From NCBI GenBank assembly GCA_943372805.1, contig CALSAF010000002.1, forward strand, positions 6,004 to 70,003: a DNA stretch of 64,000 nt. Reading direction: 5' to 3'. The notes under the pieces were generated by a model that saw only the letters and a program-made list of their open reading frames with translations, did no database searches and was not told where the DNA came from. Below, piece by piece: positions 28,654-38,294 of the stretch. How positions within the stretch are numbered: position 1 is the stretch's first letter; each line of letters starts with the position of its first letter. Origin of the DNA: Rhizobium sp. Q54 (GTDB taxonomy: Bacteria > Pseudomonadota > Alphaproteobacteria > Rhizobiales > Rhizobiaceae). The position numbers were made by a program, and so were the translations under genes.

Positions 28654-29601
28654 ATGACCAAGAGCTACGCAAGCGTATATTTTGCAATTTTCCTCTGCGC
28701 GGCTACAGCGTGCGGTGCGGAAGATTTGTATCGAAAGCTCGATCAAAATCTTGAAAAGATTCTTCCAAGCGTTTCTCCCAAGAAATTTGAAGAACTCAGT
28801 ATAAGTGATTTTCGCCTGAATCCCAGCGAAACGGGTCCATTCAAAAATTACAACGACTTCGGCACGACAGGATCAGCTGATCTGAATTCATTTGGAACAA
28901 TTGAAAGCTTCCGAAACTTAGAGATATTAAACTCAGGATACTACGAAGGCGGCAATAGAGGCGTTCTTCCAGCTACGCCGATCGGACCTATAGACCCTGT
29001 CGGTGGCATAGTGCCTATCGCGCCAACGGGCGCGATCCAATTCAATTATAACTGGGGCTTGCCCCAATACGCTGCCCTTCCCTCTTCTGCTATGGATCAA
29101 TCTTTACCAGCTCACATTTCTTCGAAGATAGAAAACTTACTAGGGTTTATACCTGTCTACAGAAAGCACAAACTGAGCATTGGATGCTCCTCGATTCTAA
29201 AATCACTGGGATTGCAGCTTGTGGAGTTGGGCAATCAAAGCTGTGACGGTGAATACATTGAAAAAATTAAATCATCTGTATCTATATACATTTCAGACGA
29301 TGAACGAGAATACATCATAGAATTGATCGGACCGAGCGATAGATTTATAGGAAAACCAGGAGTATCGAGAGATTTGTTCATGGTTGTATCTTCTATAGAT
29401 ATGAACTTTGATTTCGGAGTTAAAACCTACTCGCATTCCCACCACTACGCTTCCGATGCAAGCAGTACATACTGGAGGGATGTCGGCTCGCTCGAGGACA
29501 GACACATAAACAACTTTAAAACAAACATTGATAGACTTAAACGAAAAATGTATTCTACAATCACAATTGACCTTGAAAATTCTTTGAGAGAATCTCAATG
29601 A
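28654..29601 (+). CDS. Hypothetical protein with possible signal/lipoprotein N-terminus (AT-rich)
   Basis: 315-aa ORF in an AT-rich block; hydrophobic N-terminus with AATAC. Confidence 0.75.
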   Translation: MTKSYASVYFAIFLCAATACGAEDLYRKLDQNLEKILPSVSPKKFEELSISDFRLNPSETGPFKNYNDFGTTGSADLNSFGTIESFRNLEILNSGYYEGGNRGVLPATPIGPIDPVGGIVPIAPTGAIQFNYNWGLPQYAALPSSAMDQSLPAHISSKIENLLGFIPVYRKHKLSIGCSSILKSLGLQLVELGNQSCDGEYIEKIKSSVSIYISDDEREYIIELIGPSDRFIGKPGVSRDLFMVVSSIDMNFDFGVKTYSHSHHYASDASSTYWRDVGSLEDRHINNFKTNIDRLKRKMYSTITIDLENSLRESQ

Positions 29602-30029
29602 AGCTTTTAACACTGAAAAGGATCCTCGGAACGACAAGTTTAATATGTCATTTTTTGGGAATAATATTTATCTTTGCAGCCGGATTTCGGCGAGATGAAT
29701 TCAATAACGCTTATGAGTTAAGCGTTATACTGGCCCCCATGACAAGCGTCTACGGAGCCGCCTTCCTTAGAGAATTAGTAGCAAATCAAACGAATTTTGA
29801 CGATTCGTACTTAAATCAAACCGTCCACACTTTTTCTTTTTATACACAAATTACAATCGTGGGACTTTTTGCCTTTCTTTTAGTTATTTGCACAGGCGCG
29901 CTCGTATTTTTTCCGGCGATCGAATTTAGCCAAACAAAAACATTTATTGTAATAATCGAAAGCGTATTCGGAATATTTGTCGGCCTCATATTCGAAACAC
30001 TGTTCGGAAAAATCACAAAGCCTGCTTAG
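29598..30029 (+). CDS. Hypothetical 4-TM membrane protein (AT-rich)
   Basis: ATGA overlap with upstream ORF; four hydrophobic segments. Confidence 0.75.
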   Translation: MKLLTLKRILGTTSLICHFLGIIFIFAAGFRRDEFNNAYELSVILAPMTSVYGAAFLRELVANQTNFDDSYLNQTVHTFSFYTQITIVGLFAFLLVICTGALVFFPAIEFSQTKTFIVIIESVFGIFVGLIFETLFGKITKPA

Positions 30030-30189
30030 CTTGAGCATAGCCGCCCGCTATCGGAGGCGGCCAACATTGCGGCTCGTCGTGTCATTGCTTTCAGGGTGCA
30101 AGCATTCAGGGGGCCAACATGCTCCATATCTCGTATGAGCTATGGAAACCATTAGATTGCTAACCAGAACCCCTCAACGCGACACAACA

Positions 30190-30217
30190 AAACCGCCGGC
30201 TTGCCCCGGCGGCTTTC
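30190..30217. terminator. Intrinsic terminator hairpin
   Basis: AAAACCGCCGG-CTTGCC-CCGGCGGCTTT downstream of the 30242-30634 gene. Confidence 0.7.
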
Positions 30218-30241
30218 TCATTTCAAACCTTGCAATCCGTC

Positions 30242-30634
30242 TCAGACGAACTGGCTCAGCCCCGGAACCGAGGCCACAACTTCATCGACCACATCAGCAC
30301 CCGCATATTCGCGGGCGACGGCCATGGTTTCCTTGGCGAGGGTGGAGATTTCGCCCATGCCGAGGCCCTGGGACATCAGCTGCTGGCCGAGCCCCATGAT
30401 GCCGCCGCCGCCGATGGCGCTCATCAGGCCGCCGAGCAGGCCGCCGCCGCCTGTACCTTCGCCATTGTGCTTGGCGACGAGTTCAGCTGCACCGGGGATC
30501 GCTTCGATCATCTTGGCAACCGGGCCGTCTGCGGCTTCGCGCTGCAGGAAGCCGAGCATCATGCCGAGTGCCTTTTCGGCGACTTCAGGGGAAATGCCGA
30601 CCGTGTCGGCGATGCGGGTGACGAGTTCGCTCAT
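30242..30634 (-). CDS. Conserved hypothetical helical protein (DUF2267/DUF2780-like)
   Basis: AGGAGG RBS; MSELVTRIADTVGISPEVAEKALG..VPGLSQFV; family label tentative. Confidence 0.7.
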   Translation of the reverse strand: MSELVTRIADTVGISPEVAEKALGMMLGFLQREAADGPVAKMIEAIPGAAELVAKHNGEGTGGGGLLGGLMSAIGGGGIMGLGQQLMSQGLGMGEISTLAKETMAVAREYAGADVVDEVVASVPGLSQFV

Positions 30635-30656
30635 GGGTAATCCTCCTGCGGAAAAT

Positions 30657-30672
30657 TTGACGTTAACGTCAA
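30657..30672. promoter_or_regulatory. Perfect 16-bp palindrome, LiuR/MerR-like operator candidate
   Basis: TTGACGTTAACGTCAA in the divergent promoter region. Confidence 0.5.
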
Positions 30673-30914
30673 CGTAATGGATGTTCACGGTGAACTCAAG
30701 CAGTCCAGCCGTGGCGCGGCAAAAAATGCCGGGGCGGCTGCGCCCGTCCGCCGGGCGCCCCGCCCCCAGCACCTGCGGCGTCTGCTCCGCCGGCGCGGTG
30801 GAGGCAGGCTTGCCGCGAGGCGTACCGAAACGGGACGGTCGACCGTTGTCGATGTTCCACAGTCCTCCTATAAGAGCAAGCTCAAGTCTTGATGACGCAG
30901 GGAGAAACGTCCGC

Positions 30915-32477
30915 ATGCTGCAAGAAGGTTCGCTTTATCTCGGCACCAGCCGCAATCCGGACGACAGCCTGAACAAGGCGGAATATCTGGCGCTGAAATA
31001 CGGCAACCGACATGGCATCGTGACCGGGGCCACCGGCACCGGCAAGACCGTGACGCTGCAGGTGCTGGCGGAAAGCTTCTCCGAGGCCGGCGTGCCGGTG
31101 TTTGCCTCCGACATCAAGGGCGACCTCTCGGGCATCGCGGCCATGGGCGAGCCGAAGGACTGGATCACCCAGCGGGCGGAGCAGATCGGCTTTACCGATT
31201 ATGCGCCCTCCGAATTTCCCGTGATCTTCTGGGATCTCTATGGCGAAAAGGGCCACCGGGTGCGCACGACGGTGGCCGAGATGGGGCCGCTCCTGCTATC
31301 GCGATTGATGAATGCCTCGGAGGCGCAGGAAGGCGCGCTCAACATCGCCTTCAAGATCGCCGACGACGGCGGCTTGCCGCTGATGGACCTCAAGGACCTG
31401 CAGGCGCTGCTCACCTATATGGCGGAGCATGCCGCCGAGCTTTCCAGCCAGTTTGGTCTCATCTCCAAGGCGTCGATCGCCACGTTGCAGCGGGGCTTGC
31501 TGATTCTCGAGCAGCAGGGCGCGGAGAATTTCTTCGGCGAACCGGCGCTCAAGGTGACCGACATCATGCGCACGACGCATGACGGGCGTGGCGCGATCTC
31601 AATCCTTGCCGCCGACAAGCTGATGATGAACCCGAGGCTCTACGCGACCTTCCTGCTCTGGCTCTTGTCGGAGCTGTTCGAGGAACTGCCGGAAGTGGGC
31701 GATCTCGACAAGCCGAAGCTGGTCTTCTTCTTCGATGAGGCACATCTGCTCTTCAACGATGCGCCGAAGGTGCTGATCGAGCGCGTGGAACAGGTGGTGC
31801 GGCTGATCCGCTCGAAGGGCGTCGGCGTCTATTTCGTCACGCAGAACCCGCTCGATGTGCCGGAAACCGTGCTCGCCCAGCTCGGCAACCGCGTGCAGCA
31901 TGCGCTGCGGGCCTATACGCCCAGGGAGCAGAAGGCGGTGAAGACGGCAGCCGATACCTTCCGGCCGAACCCGGCCTTCGACTGTGCCACCGCCATCACC
32001 CAGCTCGGCATCGGCGAAGCCTTGGTTTCGACGCTGGAGGCCAAGGGGATCCCCTCCATGGTCGAGCGCACGCTGATCCGCCCGCCCTCGGGCAAGGTCG
32101 GCCCGATCTCCGACAGCGAGCGGCAGAAGGTGATGAGCCTGTCGCCGGTGGCCGGCCAGTATGACGTCGATCTTGATTCGGAATCGGCCTACGAGATCCT
32201 TTCAGCCCGCGCCAGGAAGGCCGCCGAGGCAGACGCGGCCCGCAAGGCGGCAGAGGAGAAGGCGGAAGGCGACGACAGCGCTGCAGGTCGCTGGACGCTT
32301 CCAGGCTTCGGAGACGAACCCAAGGAGACATCCTCGGGGCGCAGCACGACGAAACGGTCCAGTGGCTATCAGCGCGAAACCGTGGTCGAGGCGGCGATGA
32401 AGAGCGCGGCGCGCTCTGTCGCAACCTCTGTCGGTCGGGCGCTGGTGCGCGGCATCCTGGGCAGCCTGCGGCGCTGA
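30915..32477 (+). CDS. HerA-like/DUF853 (YjgR) P-loop ATPase
   Basis: NRHGIVTGATGTGKT, DIKGDLSG, FFFDEAHLLF, IRSKGVGVYFVTQNP. Confidence 0.93.
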   Translation: MLQEGSLYLGTSRNPDDSLNKAEYLALKYGNRHGIVTGATGTGKTVTLQVLAESFSEAGVPVFASDIKGDLSGIAAMGEPKDWITQRAEQIGFTDYAPSEFPVIFWDLYGEKGHRVRTTVAEMGPLLLSRLMNASEAQEGALNIAFKIADDGGLPLMDLKDLQALLTYMAEHAAELSSQFGLISKASIATLQRGLLILEQQGAENFFGEPALKVTDIMRTTHDGRGAISILAADKLMMNPRLYATFLLWLLSELFEELPEVGDLDKPKLVFFFDEAHLLFNDAPKVLIERVEQVVRLIRSKGVGVYFVTQNPLDVPETVLAQLGNRVQHALRAYTPREQKAVKTAADTFRPNPAFDCATAITQLGIGEALVSTLEAKGIPSMVERTLIRPPSGKVGPISDSERQKVMSLSPVAGQYDVDLDSESAYEILSARARKAAEADAARKAAEEKAEGDDSAAGRWTLPGFGDEPKETSSGRSTTKRSSGYQRETVVEAAMKSAARSVATSVGRALVRGILGSLRR

Positions 32478-32510
32478 CCACGCCGATTTTACGCAAAACA
32501 CAAGAACTGA

Positions 32511-33434
32511 GTGACGAAAGCTCACCCTTTTGCACCAGTTTTTGTTCACCTCCGTGCAACCATCCCTGATATACAGTGCATCGGTACAATTCGCCTGTCG
32601 GATGGCAGGCAGACCCTGAGGTTGATCTTGGACAGCAGCCTGGACCACATCGTTCTGGTCAATAATGCGAAGCGCGCGCTGGAACGCGGTCGCTTCGAGC
32701 TCACCTATCAACCCATCTATTCCGTCGATCACCGCGAAGTGGACAGCGTCGAAACCCTGCTGCGCTGGCGCCTGGGACCGGGCACGCTGGCCGCGGCGCA
32801 GGATTTCCGCTCCGTCTTCCGCGATCCGATGCTGTCTCTGTCGATCCGCGACTTCGTGCTGTCGACCACGCTGCGGCAGGCCGCACGCTGGCGGGCCGAG
32901 GGACATGATTTCGGCCGGATCAGCGTCAATGCCACGGCGTTCGATCTGTGTGCCGGCGATTTTGCGCTCAGGCTCAGCGACATGGTGCAGGATTTTGGCC
33001 TCACGCCCGACATGCTGGAGATCGAGGTGGCGGAGCCGGCTTTTTACGGCCCGCTGGCCAAGCAGGTGGGGCTGGCACTGGAAGGGCTGCATTACTGCGG
33101 CTTCGCGCTGGCCATGGACAATTTCGGCGCCACCCATGCCGGACTTTCGGCGCTCAGAAACCACGCCTTCCGGCGCCTGAAGATCGATCATGGGCTGATG
33201 CGCAGCGCGCTCACCAATCCGGTCGACAAGGCGATCGTGCGGCATGTCATCGCGCTTGGTCACGATCTCGGCCTGATCGTCACGGCGGCCGGCGTGGAGA
33301 ACGAGGACCAGATGGAAACGGCGGTGCAGCTGGGCTTCGACAGCGTGCAGGGCTTCTTCGTGTGCTTCCCGAAGGAGGCAGAGCTTCTGCCGCGGGTCTG
33401 TCACGTGCTGAACCTGCAGGGCCGTTCCGGCTGA
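32511..33434 (+). CDS. Stand-alone EAL-domain protein with degenerate motifs
   Basis: YQPI..VETLLRW, ISVNA, MDNFG, LKID, AAGVE, VQGF; true start probably downstream. Confidence 0.85.
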   Translation: MTKAHPFAPVFVHLRATIPDIQCIGTIRLSDGRQTLRLILDSSLDHIVLVNNAKRALERGRFELTYQPIYSVDHREVDSVETLLRWRLGPGTLAAAQDFRSVFRDPMLSLSIRDFVLSTTLRQAARWRAEGHDFGRISVNATAFDLCAGDFALRLSDMVQDFGLTPDMLEIEVAEPAFYGPLAKQVGLALEGLHYCGFALAMDNFGATHAGLSALRNHAFRRLKIDHGLMRSALTNPVDKAIVRHVIALGHDLGLIVTAAGVENEDQMETAVQLGFDSVQGFFVCFPKEAELLPRVCHVLNLQGRSG

Positions 33435-33489
33435 GCCTCCTCGCCCCCTGCCCTTTCCGGCCGTGGCATGACATGGCAGGATCGCTGGC

Positions 33490-33810
33490 ATGACCTTCAT
33501 CATCTATCCCGCCGCCGCGCTTGCCGAAATTGCCGGCTGTTTTGCCTTCTGGGCCTGGCTGAAGCTCGACCGCTCGCCGCTCTGGATAGCGCCCGGCCTC
33601 CTGTCGCTAGCTCTGTTTGCCTGGCTTCTGACGCTGGTGCCATCCGATGCCGCAGGCCGGGCCTATGCCGCCTATGGCGGGGTCTATATTGCAGCCTCGC
33701 TTGGCTGGCTCTGGCTGATCGAGGGGCAGAGGCCGGATCGTTTCGACCTCGCGGGTGCTGCGATCTGCCTCGTCGGGGCAGCGGTGATCCTGCTGCCCAG
33801 CCGGACATGA
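33490..33810 (+). CDS. ynfA: YnfA (UPF0060) family small membrane protein
   Basis: [33 protein letters not shown]. Confidence 0.9.
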   Translation: MTFIIYPAAALAEIAGCFAFWAWLKLDRSPLWIAPGLLSLALFAWLLTLVPSDAAGRAYAAYGGVYIAASLGWLWLIEGQRPDRFDLAGAAICLVGAAVILLPSRT

Positions 33811-33869
33811 GGCGAAAGCCCTAGAATTGCAGGATGCCGGCTTGCGGAATTTTCGTATATACATAAACT

Positions 33870-34118
33870 ATGATCATCGTCTGGGACGAACCGAAGCGGC
33901 TGGCGAATATCGAGAAGCATGGTCTGGATTTTGCCGACCTGTCGCTCGACTTCTTTGACCGTGCCGTGATCCGCCCGGCAAAACGTGGTCGCCTGCAGGC
34001 GATCGGACGACTGAAAGGCGGTGTAGCCGCCGTCATTTTCATGCATCTCGGCACACAGGGCCTATCGATCATTTCGATGCGGACGGCCCACGCCAGAGAA
34101 AGGACGTTAATCCGATGA
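33870..34118 (+). CDS. brnT: BrnT family toxin
   Basis: WDEPKRLANIEKHGLDF, IISMRTAHARER. Confidence 0.92.
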   Translation: MIIVWDEPKRLANIEKHGLDFADLSLDFFDRAVIRPAKRGRLQAIGRLKGGVAAVIFMHLGTQGLSIISMRTAHARERTLIR

Positions 34119-34423
34119 AAGCTGAAAAAACCAAGGCCCGCCGTTTCGTCGAAGGACGGGGCTATACTCAAGCGGACTGGGACGAGGTGAGCGACAATCC
34201 CGAAGTGACCGAAGAGGAGTTGAAGGAATTCCGCCCCTTCCGCGAGGTCTTTCCGGATCTCGCCGAAGCAATCGACCGCAAGCTCGGTCGCCCCAGGGCC
34301 GAGAGCCCGAAAAAGGCGATCAGCATCCGGCTCGACCAGGAGGTCATCGACCGGTTCAAGGCGGGTGGCGAGGGATGGCAGTCGCGGATGAACGAAGCCT
34401 TGCGCAAGGCGGTGGGGCTGTAA
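34115..34423 (+). CDS. brnA: BrnA family antitoxin
   Basis: GRPR..KKAISIRLDQEVIDRFKAGGEGWQSRMNEALR; ATGA overlap with brnT. Confidence 0.92.
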   Translation: MKAEKTKARRFVEGRGYTQADWDEVSDNPEVTEEELKEFRPFREVFPDLAEAIDRKLGRPRAESPKKAISIRLDQEVIDRFKAGGEGWQSRMNEALRKAVGL

Positions 34424-34448
34424 AGCCCCTGCCGCCGTCCCCGGCATC

Positions 34449-35084
34449 TCACCAGCTGCGCCAGCCTTCCATGAGCATCAGCGCCGCCACGGCAACCAGC
34501 AGCCAGCCGGCGGCGCGGCCGATCCAGATGGTGATCTCGGGCTTCGAGACCAGCGCATCCCTGCCCCTGGCTGCGGCAAAGGCCAGTCCGCCATAGACCA
34601 GCCCCTGCAGCATGAGGGTGAGCGCACCCATGACCAGCGCCTGGCGCCAGAAGGGGCCGTATTCGGGCCGCATGAATTGCGGGTAGACGGCGAGGATGAA
34701 GAGCCAGGCCTTCGGGTTGAGCAGGCAGGTGATCAGGCCCTGGGTGAAGATGCGGGCCGTCCGGTGCAGCTTCGAGGCCTCGATGCCGTCGATGACGATG
34801 GCGCTTCTGGCCAGCGTATAGCCGATCCAGATCATGTAGCCGGAACCGATCACCAGCATGGGGCCGGCAAGCTCTGGCACGAGCGTCGATAGGGCAGTGA
34901 CGGCGACGGTGCCGAACAGGGTGTGGAAGGCGCCGCCAAGCATGATGCCGGAGGTGGCTGCGATGCCGGCCCGGCGACCGCCGGTCAGGCCATTGGCGAT
35001 GACGAAGATCATGTCCATGCCGGGCACGATGATGATGCCCGCCAGCAGGGCGGAGAAGAGCCAGAGGTTTTCGGCATAGGTCAT
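34449..35084 (-). CDS. LysE/RhtB family translocator
   Basis: IVPGMDM, G..YMIWIG, QGLITCLLNPKAWLF. Confidence 0.92.
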   Translation of the reverse strand: MTYAENLWLFSALLAGIIIVPGMDMIFVIANGLTGGRRAGIAATSGIMLGGAFHTLFGTVAVTALSTLVPELAGPMLVIGSGYMIWIGYTLARSAIVIDGIEASKLHRTARIFTQGLITCLLNPKAWLFILAVYPQFMRPEYGPFWRQALVMGALTLMLQGLVYGGLAFAAARGRDALVSKPEITIWIGRAAGWLLVAVAALMLMEGWRSW

Positions 35085-35168
35085 GTCAGTATCAACTCCT
35101 TGAACAGGCAGGTCATCCGCAGGGAATGGCCTGTTTTCAATGCTTTGGAGATGCTTTAGACAAGGGCT

Positions 35169-35188
35169 ACTGACAAAGGTGTGTCAGT
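35169..35188. promoter_or_regulatory. Inverted repeat, putative operator of the HTH-WYL regulator
   Basis: ACTGACA-AAGGTG-TGTCAGT just upstream of the WYL gene. Confidence 0.6.
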
Positions 35189-35206
35189 TGAGATGAGGTC
35201 TGACCC

Positions 35207-35911
35207 ATGCGCAAGGCGTCCCGGCTGTTCGAGATCATCCAGACCTTAAGGCTTGCTGCCCACCCGATAACCGCCCAGCAGATCGCGGAAAAGCTGGAGG
35301 TTACCCAGCGGTCGATCTATCGCGATATTGCAGCGCTTCAGGCGATGCGGGTGCCGATCGAGGGTGAACGCGGCATAGGCTATATCCTGCGCCCAGGCTT
35401 TCACCTGCCGCCCCTGATGTTCACGCCGGAGGAGACGGAAGCGATCGTGCTTGGCATGGCGCTGACGAAGCGGACAGCCGACCCCGAACTGCGCGAGGCC
35501 TCGGCGCGGGTACTGGACAAGATCGCGGCAGCGCTGCCCGATCCTTTGCGCGAGGCGATCATCTCGCGCACGCTTTATGCCTGGGGGCGGGTGGCGGAGG
35601 CGCCCGAGGCCATCGACTTTGCGATGATCCGTCGGGCGATCCGCGACGAGGAAAAGCTAGATATCGATTATGTCGACGAGCAGCAGCAGGCAACGACGCG
35701 GCGGATCCGGCCGATTGCCGTCATCCATTATGCGCAAGCCGCGGTGATCGTCGGCTGGTGCGAGCTGCGCGAGGGCATCCGCAACTTCCGGGTCGACAGG
35801 GTGCGTGACTGCCGGGCGACGGGGGTGCATTTTCGCCGCGAGGGGGATCGGCTGCGGAAGTTGTGGGTCGCGGGGTGGGAGACATCCGGGCAGAGCGCGG
35901 GGCGTGACTGA
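35207..35911 (+). CDS. YafY-family HTH-WYL transcriptional regulator
   Basis: MRKASRLFEII, RSIYRDIAAL, IEGERGIGY, WCELREGIRNFRVDR. Confidence 0.93.
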   Translation: MRKASRLFEIIQTLRLAAHPITAQQIAEKLEVTQRSIYRDIAALQAMRVPIEGERGIGYILRPGFHLPPLMFTPEETEAIVLGMALTKRTADPELREASARVLDKIAAALPDPLREAIISRTLYAWGRVAEAPEAIDFAMIRRAIRDEEKLDIDYVDEQQQATTRRIRPIAVIHYAQAAVIVGWCELREGIRNFRVDRVRDCRATGVHFRREGDRLRKLWVAGWETSGQSAGRD

Positions 35912-35923
35912 CCGGAAGCTCAG

Positions 35924-36301
35924 CTATTGCGCCGCTGCCCGATCCGCCTGGCTGAGGCCGTCATAACCCCAGTCGGTGGCCGGCAATTCATGCACCACGA
36001 CATAGGTGGCCGGATGCAGTTCCGGCCATTCGGCGCGCAGCAGGGCCATGGCTTTATTCAGAAACTCCCGCTTCTGCTCGACCGTGTTGGTGCCGGCGGT
36101 GACGAAGACTTCGAGATGCGCGGTCCTTGGCGGCAGCTTCCCGCCGATGGTCCAGGTCTGCGCAGGTGCGGCCTCGATATGCACCGAAGTGAGATCATGG
36201 CGCTTGGCGAGATCGGTGGCGATGAGGTCGGTCAGGGCGCGGGCCAGATCGCGCTCACGATCCGGATGCGGCGGATGATAGCTCAGGCGGGCAAAGGGCA
36301 T
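35924..36301 (-). CDS. 4-oxalocrotonate tautomerase family protein
   Basis: Starts M-P (catalytic Pro1), TAGTNTVEQK, WGYDG. Confidence 0.85.
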   Translation of the reverse strand: MPFARLSYHPPHPDRERDLARALTDLIATDLAKRHDLTSVHIEAAPAQTWTIGGKLPPRTAHLEVFVTAGTNTVEQKREFLNKAMALLRAEWPELHPATYVVVHELPATDWGYDGLSQADRAAAQ

Positions 36302-36396
36302 GGTGGGATTCTCCGAAACAGGGTGACGGAGGCAGGATAGTCGCGCTATTCTCAAATGATATCGATCAAATGCGCATTCTGACTTGAGGAAAACTC

Positions 36397-37239
36397 ATGC
36401 TTTCGGATCTTCCCTCGCCGCTGCTGCGCAGCTTCGTCGCCGTGGCCGATGGCGGTTCGCTGGCCGCCGCCGCGATCCGGGTGAACCGCAGCGAGTCGGC
36501 GCTCAGCCTGCAGATGCAGCGGCTGGAGGATATTGTCGGACAGACGCTTTTCGACCGGGACGGGCGGGCGCTGAAGCTCAATGGCACGGGCAGCTGGCTG
36601 CTTGCTCATAGTCGGGCGATCCTTGCACGGATCGATGCGGCGCGGGCCGAGCTCGATGCGGCCGCGCGCCCACCGATCCGGCTCGGCGTGGTACAGGATT
36701 TTGTCGGCCAGGTGCTGCAGCCGACCCTTGCCGACCTGCGCGGGGAGGACGGGGCGGCACGGTTTTCGATCGTGATCGGCAGCACCAGTGAGTTGCTGCA
36801 GGCAATGAGCGAGGACAGGATCGATATGGCGGTCTGCGTCGGCGATGTGGCCGCCGGCGGGGCTGGCGGGACCGTGCTTCCGATGGCGTGGTTTGGTGAT
36901 GCGCGGCTGCTGGAGGACGAGGTGCTGCCGCTGGTCAGCATCACGCCGCCCTGCCCGTTTCTCTCGGCGGCAACGCGGGCGCTGGATGCGATTGGACGGC
37001 CATGGCGGCTGGCTCTGGTGACGCCGAGCCTTGACGGGGTAAGAGCGGCGGTCGCCGCCGGTCTCGGCATTGCCTGCCGGACAGAGGCAGGCATGGGCCA
37101 GGTTGCCCTGACGGGGGCGGGATTGCCTGATCTTTCCGACATCCGTTATGCGGTGATCGAAAAACGGCCCGGGAAAACCGGGCCGTCAGAGGCAGCACTC
37201 AGGATGGCCGCGCATCTATCGACGCTTGGCCAGACCTGA
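36397..37239 (+). CDS. LysR family transcriptional regulator
   Basis: LRSFVAVADGGSLAAAA..SALSLQMQRLE. Confidence 0.93.
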   Translation: MLSDLPSPLLRSFVAVADGGSLAAAAIRVNRSESALSLQMQRLEDIVGQTLFDRDGRALKLNGTGSWLLAHSRAILARIDAARAELDAAARPPIRLGVVQDFVGQVLQPTLADLRGEDGAARFSIVIGSTSELLQAMSEDRIDMAVCVGDVAAGGAGGTVLPMAWFGDARLLEDEVLPLVSITPPCPFLSAATRALDAIGRPWRLALVTPSLDGVRAAVAAGLGIACRTEAGMGQVALTGAGLPDLSDIRYAVIEKRPGKTGPSEAALRMAAHLSTLGQT

Positions 37240-37244
37240 CAGGT

Positions 37245-38294
37245 TCAGGCCACAGCCATCCGGCGGGCTTCGCGGAAGGACACCAGACGGCCGCGGGCTT
37301 CGTCCCACAGCACCAGCTTCACGCAGGCAAAACTTTCCTTCAGCGTGATGCGGCTGATGGACTTCAGCTCCGGGTGATCGCGCAGGACTTCCGGCAGACG
37401 GTAGAAGGGGATCTTGCTCGACAGGTGATGCACATGGTGCACGCCGATATGGCCGGTCAGCCAGCGCAGGCCCCAGGGCAGATCGTAATGCGAGGCACCG
37501 TGGAGAGCCGCATGCTGGAACTGCCATTCCGGCGGGGCCGACCAGTGGGTGTCTTCGAACTGGTGCTGGACATAGAAGAGCCAGATGCCGAGCGCACCGG
37601 CCAGCAGCACGATCGGCAGATGCACGATCAGGAAGGCATCGAGACCGGCGAGCCAGATCATCAGCGCGGCCACGGCGACCATGCCGGCATTGGTGGCCAT
37701 GGTGGAGACCCAGGGCAAAGCGCCGTCCTTCATCATCCCGAAGGGCAGACGCTGCTTGAGCAGGAAGACCCAGATCGGGCCGATGCCGAAGAGCACGACC
37801 GGATTGCGATAGAGGCGATAGCCGAGGCGGCGAAGCGGCGACAGGGCCTTGTATTCGGCAACCGTCAGCGTGGTGATGTCGCCGACGCCGCGTTCCTCGA
37901 GATTTCCGGCGGTCGCATGATGTTCGGCATGCGCGCGGCGCCAGTAGTCGTATGGCGTGTAGGTCAAAACGCCGAGCAGGCGGCCGGTCCAGTCATCGAC
38001 GCTGCGGCGGGCGAAGAAGGCGCCGTGACCGCAATCATGCTGGATGATGAAGAGGCGCAGCAGGAAGGCGGCAGCCGGAACGACAAGGATGAGACCCGGC
38101 CAGAAGGCGAAATGGAAACTCGCCCAGGCGCCCATCCAGAGAAGGATGAAGGGCACAAGCGTGATGCCTAGCTCGAAGCTCGAACGGGTGATGTCGGGCT
38201 TGCGATAGGCATTGACGATCTTCAACCAGGCCTTGGCATCCGGCGTCTCGTCCTCGGGCGTGCGATCATCGCGGTAGTCGAGTGCAGCGCTCAT
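37245..38294 (-). CDS. Membrane fatty acid desaturase
   Basis: Three His boxes: HDCGH, HAEHH, HHVHH. Confidence 0.93.
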   Translation of the reverse strand: MSAALDYRDDRTPEDETPDAKAWLKIVNAYRKPDITRSSFELGITLVPFILLWMGAWASFHFAFWPGLILVVPAAAFLLRLFIIQHDCGHGAFFARRSVDDWTGRLLGVLTYTPYDYWRRAHAEHHATAGNLEERGVGDITTLTVAEYKALSPLRRLGYRLYRNPVVLFGIGPIWVFLLKQRLPFGMMKDGALPWVSTMATNAGMVAVAALMIWLAGLDAFLIVHLPIVLLAGALGIWLFYVQHQFEDTHWSAPPEWQFQHAALHGASHYDLPWGLRWLTGHIGVHHVHHLSSKIPFYRLPEVLRDHPELKSISRITLKESFACVKLVLWDEARGRLVSFREARRMAVA

